In this document: one piece after another, positions 58,671 through 64,000 of the stretch
How positions within the stretch are numbered: position 1 is the stretch's first letter
How the letters are laid out: every line of letters starts with the position of its first letter
DNA from: Bdellovibrionales bacterium
GTDB lineage: Bacteria; Bdellovibrionota; Bdellovibrionia; Bdellovibrionales; JAUICD01
DNA: 64,000 nucleotides
NCBI GenBank assembly: GCA_965262715.1
Contig: OZ253553.1
Location: 192,001-256,000, forward strand
Direction: 5' to 3'
Notes under the pieces: generated by a model
Databases searched by the model: none
Seen by the model: only the letters and a program-made list of their open reading frames with translations
What the model was told of the DNA's origin: nothing
Program-made: the position numbers and the translations under genes

Positions 58671-59786
58671 ATGAAAATAGCACCTGAAATTTTAAATATT
58701 GTGCCTTACAAGCCAGGTAAACCTATTGAAGAAACACAAAGGGAATATGGATTAAAAAAAGTTTATAAATTAGCAAGTAATGAAAACTTATTAGGTCCTT
58801 CTGCTACAGTTAAAGAAGCTATTTTAAAAGGTGTAGAGCAAGTACATCGCTATCCTGATGGCAGCTGTTATCTTCTAAAGAAGGCTATTTGTAAACACTA
58901 TATTATATCAGAAGATCAAGTTATTTTTGGAAATGGCTCTGATGAATTGATTGTTCTTTTAATGCGAGCCTTTTGTTTTTCCAAAGATGCGGTTTTGTTA
59001 TCAAAAGGCTCCTTTTTGCTTTACAGCATATTTGCACAAGGTTGTCGGCTAGAAATAACAGAGGTCCCTCTTAAGAAAGATTATTCCATTGACTTAGAAA
59101 ACATGATGAAATGTTGGCAGCCAAAACATAAGTTGATTTTCCTGCCAAATCCTAATAACCCTACAGGTAGTTATGTCTCTGAAGATAAACTTAAAGAGTT
59201 TATTCATTTTTTTCATAGTAAGCCAGACACATTAGTTGTAATAGATGAAGCTTATAATGCTTTTGTAACAAAAAGTGATTATCCTAAAAGTATAAAATGG
59301 CTTAAAGAGTTTTCAAGATTAGTTATTCTAAGAACTCTTTCAAAGGACCATGGGCTAGCAGGTCTGCGTATCGGCTTTGCAATTTCCCATAAACAAATTA
59401 TTGATATCTTAAATCGCATTCGTACACCCTTCAATGTGAATGCTCTAGCGCAAGTCGCTGCTAGAGCTGTCTTAGAAGATAGAGAGTACATAGAAAAGGC
59501 GCGTAGGCTTAATTTAGAAGGATTAAATTATTTTCAAAAGGAGCTTAAAAAACTACATTTACCTTATTATCCCAGTGAAGGTAACTTTATCTTTTTTGAT
59601 TCGTTGAGAGATTCTTCTATCCTTTTTGAGGCACTTTTAAAAAAAGGTCTTATCATCCGTCCTCTCAAACCGTATGGTTTTCAAACACATCTAAGAATGA
59701 GTGTAGGGTGTATGGGTGACAATATAGCAGCTATAAATATTTTAAAATCGGTACTCCCTACAGTGCCTATTGAGAAACCATCTTAA
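58671..59786 (+). CDS. hisC: Histidinol-phosphate aminotransferase
   Basis: YKPGKP, KLASNEN, GNGSDE, NPNNPTG, RTLSK..GLAGLRIG. Confidence 0.92.
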   Translation: MKIAPEILNIVPYKPGKPIEETQREYGLKKVYKLASNENLLGPSATVKEAILKGVEQVHRYPDGSCYLLKKAICKHYIISEDQVIFGNGSDELIVLLMRAFCFSKDAVLLSKGSFLLYSIFAQGCRLEITEVPLKKDYSIDLENMMKCWQPKHKLIFLPNPNNPTGSYVSEDKLKEFIHFFHSKPDTLVVIDEAYNAFVTKSDYPKSIKWLKEFSRLVILRTLSKDHGLAGLRIGFAISHKQIIDILNRIRTPFNVNALAQVAARAVLEDREYIEKARRLNLEGLNYFQKELKKLHLPYYPSEGNFIFFDSLRDSSILFEALLKKGLIIRPLKPYGFQTHLRMSVGCMGDNIAAINILKSVLPTVPIEKPS

Positions 59787-60444
59787 GAATCAGGTGGACT
59801 GTAGCATCGATATCCATTTGGGTTGTATCAATTACAAGAGCATCTTTTGCCATTTTGAGAGGGGCTATATTTCTTTGCATATCCCTTGAGTCTCTTTTTA
59901 TATGATGACTTAAAACATCTTTATCTTCCAAGTCTTCTTCTAAAGCACGTCTTTTCCCACGAATGATTTGAGAAGCTGTAAGATAGATTTTCAGTTGAGC
60001 ATCTGGAAAAACGACAGTTCCACAATCTCTACCTTCTGCAATAAGGCCTTTATGCGCCTTCTTTAAACAATCCCTTTGTGGTTGCAATAAAACTTCTCTA
60101 ACTTTGGGGAGGGCACTAATTTGGGAAGCTAGATCTGAGAGATTTGCAGAAAAAGCTTTGTCACTGACATCTTCACCATTTAGATAAACAGCTGTTTTTT
60201 CAGATTGCATGATCACATCCCAATTTTTTTGTTGGTTCATCATGATCAAGTCCACTATTCTAGATTCATCAAGTGGATCAAGCTGTTTTTTTTTAACAAT
60301 AAGGGCAATAGCTCTGTAAAAAGCTCCTGTTGAAACCCAATTCCAGTCTAAAGTACTTGCTAATTTCCGACTGACTGACGTTTTACCAGAGGCAGATGGA
60401 CCATCAATTGTGATTACTTTGGTTATATTTTTTTGCATAAGCAT
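59767..60444 (-). CDS. cmk: Cytidylate kinase
   Basis: ITIDGPSASGKT, TGAFYRA, AEGRDCGTVVFPDA. Confidence 0.95.
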   Translation of the reverse strand: MLMQKNITKVITIDGPSASGKTSVSRKLASTLDWNWVSTGAFYRAIALIVKKKQLDPLDESRIVDLIMMNQQKNWDVIMQSEKTAVYLNGEDVSDKAFSANLSDLASQISALPKVREVLLQPQRDCLKKAHKGLIAEGRDCGTVVFPDAQLKIYLTASQIIRGKRRALEEDLEDKDVLSHHIKRDSRDMQRNIAPLKMAKDALVIDTTQMDIDATVHLILKMVSQ

Positions 60445-60468
60445 AAGATAAGAAAAATAGAAAATGTA

Positions 60469-61227
60469 TTATTTTTTATTAGAATTTGATTTTGGAACTA
60501 TGTTAAAGGTTACTTTTGTAATCTTAATATCTTTAAGAGGCTTATCGTTCATAGGATTTCGCTTAGCATTGCCAATTTTTTTAACAACATCCATCCCTTT
60601 TAAAACCTTTCCAAAAACAGAATGTTTTTCGTCTAACCAAGGAGTTGGTATCAATGTGATAAAAAACTGACTCCCATTTGTATTTGGGCCAGAATTAGCC
60701 ATAGATAAAATGCCGGGTGCATCATGCTTCAATGAGGGGTGAAATTCATCATTAAAATGATATCCTGGACCTCCCATTCCTGTCCCATAAGGACAACCTG
60801 TTTGAATCATAAAATCAGGAATCACACGATGAAAAATCAATCCGTCATAAAAAGGAACAACCTCAGTTTTTTGTTTGCTTTCTGAAACTCTTACACCTTT
60901 ATCCCCCTTAGCCAATTGGATAAAGTTTTGGACTGTTTTAGGTGCTCTCTTGTGGTATAAGACGGCTTGGATGTTTCCTAATGACGTTTTAATATCAGAA
61001 GTTACACTTTCTATTAAATTTAAATCTATATTTGTTTCTTTCACTTTAACTTGCCTTTGAGTCGTATTACTTTTTTTATCACTAGTAGTATTACTATCAA
61101 CAGCTTTAGCTTGTTGCTGAGCTTTATTTTTTACATCTTGCGCTAAACTAACTTGTAGAAAGGAAAATAGCAACAAAATACAGAAAGAAAAAAAGAAATT
61201 TTGGAATTTTTTTATTTGAAATATCAT
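60469..61227 (-). CDS. Exported cyclophilin-type peptidyl-prolyl isomerase
   Basis: FHRVIPDFMIQ, SMANSGPNTNGSQFFIT, WLD.KH.VFG; signal peptide. Confidence 0.93.
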   Translation of the reverse strand: MIFQIKKFQNFFFSFCILLLFSFLQVSLAQDVKNKAQQQAKAVDSNTTSDKKSNTTQRQVKVKETNIDLNLIESVTSDIKTSLGNIQAVLYHKRAPKTVQNFIQLAKGDKGVRVSESKQKTEVVPFYDGLIFHRVIPDFMIQTGCPYGTGMGGPGYHFNDEFHPSLKHDAPGILSMANSGPNTNGSQFFITLIPTPWLDEKHSVFGKVLKGMDVVKKIGNAKRNPMNDKPLKDIKITKVTFNIVPKSNSNKK

Positions 61228-61451
61228 AAAATGACTCTTTAATTTATGTCTAAGTAAGCACTCTTGTCATCTACTATAATACAAATGTCATTATAAAGAG
61301 ATGAGAATCTTTATTGTATTTACAATTTTTGTACCAAAGTTTGACTTTGTTTTATGTTACTTCTTTAAAACAAGACTATAATATAAGAGTCTATCAATAA
61401 GTCTTTTCACTCAAAAGATGTTTTAATCCTATTTCTAATGTTAATTTAGGA

Positions 61452-62273
61452 ATGAGATTGCTTCTACTTCTATGCCAGAGTAAAATGAAATTTAGACGAA
61501 GATGTAACCAAAAAGTTTTTAAGATGATAGTGAAAAGAAAAAAAATCAAATTAGGTGTCAACTTAGATCATGTTGCAACCTTAGGACAAGTTAGAGGTGG
61601 AACGACTTCCTATCCTAACTTATTAGAACAAATGAAGGCAGCTATTAGTGGTGGAGCTGGGCAAATCACAGTACATCTACGTGAGGACCGCAGGCATATT
61701 CAAGACGCAGATGTGATCTCTCTTTTAAAGGCTTGCAAGCTTGCCCATATTTCTCTGAATTTAGAAATGGCGGCTACTTCAAAGATGGTCCAGTTTGCTT
61801 TAAGTCAAACACCTCATTGCGTTTGTTTTGTTCCAGAAAAGCGCAAAGAATTAACTACAGAAGGAGGACTTAATGTACATGCTTCTTTACATAAATTATC
61901 CCGTTATATTTCACAACTAAAGGCAAAGAAAATTTTTACTTCTCTATTTATAGAACCTAGTATAAAACAAGTACGGGCAGCAGCTTTTTGCAAGGCAGAT
62001 GCTATAGAGCTACATACTGGTCGGTTTGTTAATTTAAAGGGACAAAAGCAAGATAAGGAGTGGGAAAGACTAGTTGTTGCTGCTAAAAAGGCTCATAGTT
62101 TAAATTTAAGAGTCCATGCAGGTCATGGTTTAGATAATGTAACTGCTCAAAAAGTTTGCCAGTTACCTTATTTAGAAGAAGTCAATATTGGTCATTTTTT
62201 AGTTTGTGAGGCATTAAATGTAGGCATGAAAAAATCTGTTAACACAATTAAAAAGGTTATAGCAATATGTTAA
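61452..62273 (+). CDS. pdxJ: Pyridoxine 5'-phosphate synthase (true start probably near 61524)
   Basis: LGVNLDHVATL, HLREDRRHI, ELTTEGGL, ELHTG, HAGHGL, NIGH. Confidence 0.96.
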   Translation: MRLLLLLCQSKMKFRRRCNQKVFKMIVKRKKIKLGVNLDHVATLGQVRGGTTSYPNLLEQMKAAISGGAGQITVHLREDRRHIQDADVISLLKACKLAHISLNLEMAATSKMVQFALSQTPHCVCFVPEKRKELTTEGGLNVHASLHKLSRYISQLKAKKIFTSLFIEPSIKQVRAAAFCKADAIELHTGRFVNLKGQKQDKEWERLVVAAKKAHSLNLRVHAGHGLDNVTAQKVCQLPYLEEVNIGHFLVCEALNVGMKKSVNTIKKVIAIC

Positions 62274-63811
62274 GAACAAAAGATCATAGAGTGCGACTGG
62301 CAAGTCGTAAACAAATACGTCAAATTGAACACCAAATGCAAAATCAACATCCAGATGTTCATCTTATGGACTGTGCAGCTCAAAAAACCACTCAGTTTAT
62401 TGAAAAACATATTATGCCCTACCTTCCAATAGATGCTATTTTGATTTTAGTAGGGCCTGGAAATAATGGAAAAGATGGTATTTGTATAGCAAGCCATCTA
62501 GCTGAAAAAGGATACTCCCATATAAAAATTTGTGTTTTAGGAGAAGGTCAAAATGCTTTTTTAAAAAGAAAGCTTTTGAAGATTCCATCTTATCAGGTTG
62601 AGGTTTTTCTTTTTGAGGATACTGAAGGCTTCTGGCAAAACTTTAACGATGTCAGTTTGATCATTGATGGTCTTTTTGGTGTGGGCTTAAGCAGTAATAT
62701 CACAGATAATTATGCTAAGGTGATAAATTGGGTGAATCAATCATTACTTCCTGTTTTAAGTTTAGATATTCCTTCTGGATTAAATTGCAATACAGGTCGT
62801 GTGATGGGTACTTCTATAGAGGCTCAATGGACAACAACTTATGGGCTTTCCAAACCTGGTTTTTATATTTGGGATGGTCCGCGCACAATAGGAGAACTTC
62901 ACTGTTTAGACATAGGTTTCCTGGATGGAATTACCGGTTCTGTAGCTTCTAATGTGATGCTTTTTGATAAAGTATCTGCTGGCAAGCTTCTGCCAGAAAG
63001 AAGCAATACAAGCCACAAGGCTCAAAATGGACGTACTTGTATTATTGCAGGTAAAAAAGGAATGTGGGGCGCAGGTATTTTAGCAAGTACGGGTTCTCTG
63101 CGAGTTGGTTCTGGTTATGCTACACTGGCTAGCACACAAGATCCTTCGGCAGCTGTTAGTGAAAAACCTGATATTCTAACTGCTCAATTCTTATCGGTAA
63201 AAGAACTTCTCAAACATCCATGTTCTATAGCTGTAGGACCTGGTCTAGGTGCTGATTCTAAGACAGAAGAAATTATTAGAGAACTTTTAAGTTTAAATGT
63301 TAAAAATGTTGTCTTAGATGCAGATGCTTTAAATGCGCTTGCCAAAATGGAAGATAAAAAATTAGATGAAACATGGATTTTAACACCTCACTCAGGAGAG
63401 ATGGCCAGACTTTTAAAATCTTCTGCAGATGAAGTAGACAACGACCGTATTCAAGCTGTTAAAGAGTGTTCTTCTCTTTATGGGTGTCATGTTTTGTTAA
63501 AAGGATATAAGACTCTCTTAGGTTATTATCATAAAAAAGATTTTAGACTAGAAGTGATCAATTCTGGCAATGCTTCACTGGCCACAGCAGGTACAGGGGA
63601 TGTGCTTTGTGGTATGATTGCTGGTTTTATCGCGCAAGGTTTAAATACTCATAATAGTGGAGCATTGGGCAGCTTTCTTCATGGAACAACAGCCGATGTT
63701 TGGGTTAAAAAAGGTAAGGCAAAAAATTCGATGACAGCATCTGATGTGCTTGATCTTATTCCAGAAGCATTTAAACAATTGTTAGATGAAAAACAAACTT
63801 TTGATCAATAA
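62267..63811 (+). CDS. nnr: Bifunctional NAD(P)HX epimerase/dehydratase
   Basis: GPGNNGKDG, DGLFGVG, DIPSG, GPGLG, DADALN, TPHSGE, AGTGDVL. Confidence 0.93.
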   Translation: MLRTKDHRVRLASRKQIRQIEHQMQNQHPDVHLMDCAAQKTTQFIEKHIMPYLPIDAILILVGPGNNGKDGICIASHLAEKGYSHIKICVLGEGQNAFLKRKLLKIPSYQVEVFLFEDTEGFWQNFNDVSLIIDGLFGVGLSSNITDNYAKVINWVNQSLLPVLSLDIPSGLNCNTGRVMGTSIEAQWTTTYGLSKPGFYIWDGPRTIGELHCLDIGFLDGITGSVASNVMLFDKVSAGKLLPERSNTSHKAQNGRTCIIAGKKGMWGAGILASTGSLRVGSGYATLASTQDPSAAVSEKPDILTAQFLSVKELLKHPCSIAVGPGLGADSKTEEIIRELLSLNVKNVVLDADALNALAKMEDKKLDETWILTPHSGEMARLLKSSADEVDNDRIQAVKECSSLYGCHVLLKGYKTLLGYYHKKDFRLEVINSGNASLATAGTGDVLCGMIAGFIAQGLNTHNSGALGSFLHGTTADVWVKKGKAKNSMTASDVLDLIPEAFKQLLDEKQTFDQ

Positions 63812-64000
63812 ACAAATCATATCCATACAAACCCTAGAGTGTCTGCAAAAGTTTGCTATCAAATTGGCAGATCAGCTTTCTATTCCTACAGCTATTTTGT
63901 TATTTGGTGAAATGGGTTGTGGCAAAACGCAGTTCACTCAATTTATTATCTCTGCTTTAAGCTTACTTCACAAATCAAAGTTGAATGAAAATATAAATGT
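63786..64000 (+). CDS. tsaE: tRNA t6A biosynthesis ATPase TsaE, partial
   Basis: Manual translation MKNKLL..ILLFGEMGCGKTQF; follows nnr, as is typical. Confidence 0.8.
   Translation, partial: MKNKLLINKQIISIQTLECLQKFAIKLADQLSIPTAILLFGEMGCGKTQFTQFIISALSLLHKSKLNENIN

Overview
This is an AT-rich bacterial chromosomal window. Gene content (ABC-pilD-pilMNOPQ cluster, stand-alone pilT, PilZ, DUF1844, mpl-serine hydrolase-LD-carboxypeptidase) suggests a Bdellovibrionota-like organism; this is an inference. Housekeeping genes include fadD (partial), rpoN, tRNA-Ser(TGA), birA, ftsW-murG, uvrC, ftsH, a DegP-type protease, coaX, rsmD, hisC, cmk, pdxJ, nnr and tsaE (partial). They are interspersed with secreted orphan and ankyrin proteins, several decaying. 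Four signals stand out. (1) A dispersed branched-hairpin repeat (family A, 8 clear copies plus a fragment) has covarying stems and conserved loops, and is nested with RPE-like and MITE-like elements. (2) An ABC/AAA_21 ATPase + PIN-like nuclease pair downstream of ftsH is a candidate defence system. (3) A perfect 40-bp duplication of the PIN gene 3' end brackets a 297-bp repeat insert. (4) Two paralogous secreted proteins share a signal / acidic leader / Pro-Arg-His-rich / ankyrin architecture. All calls come from reading motifs by eye; no searches were run.
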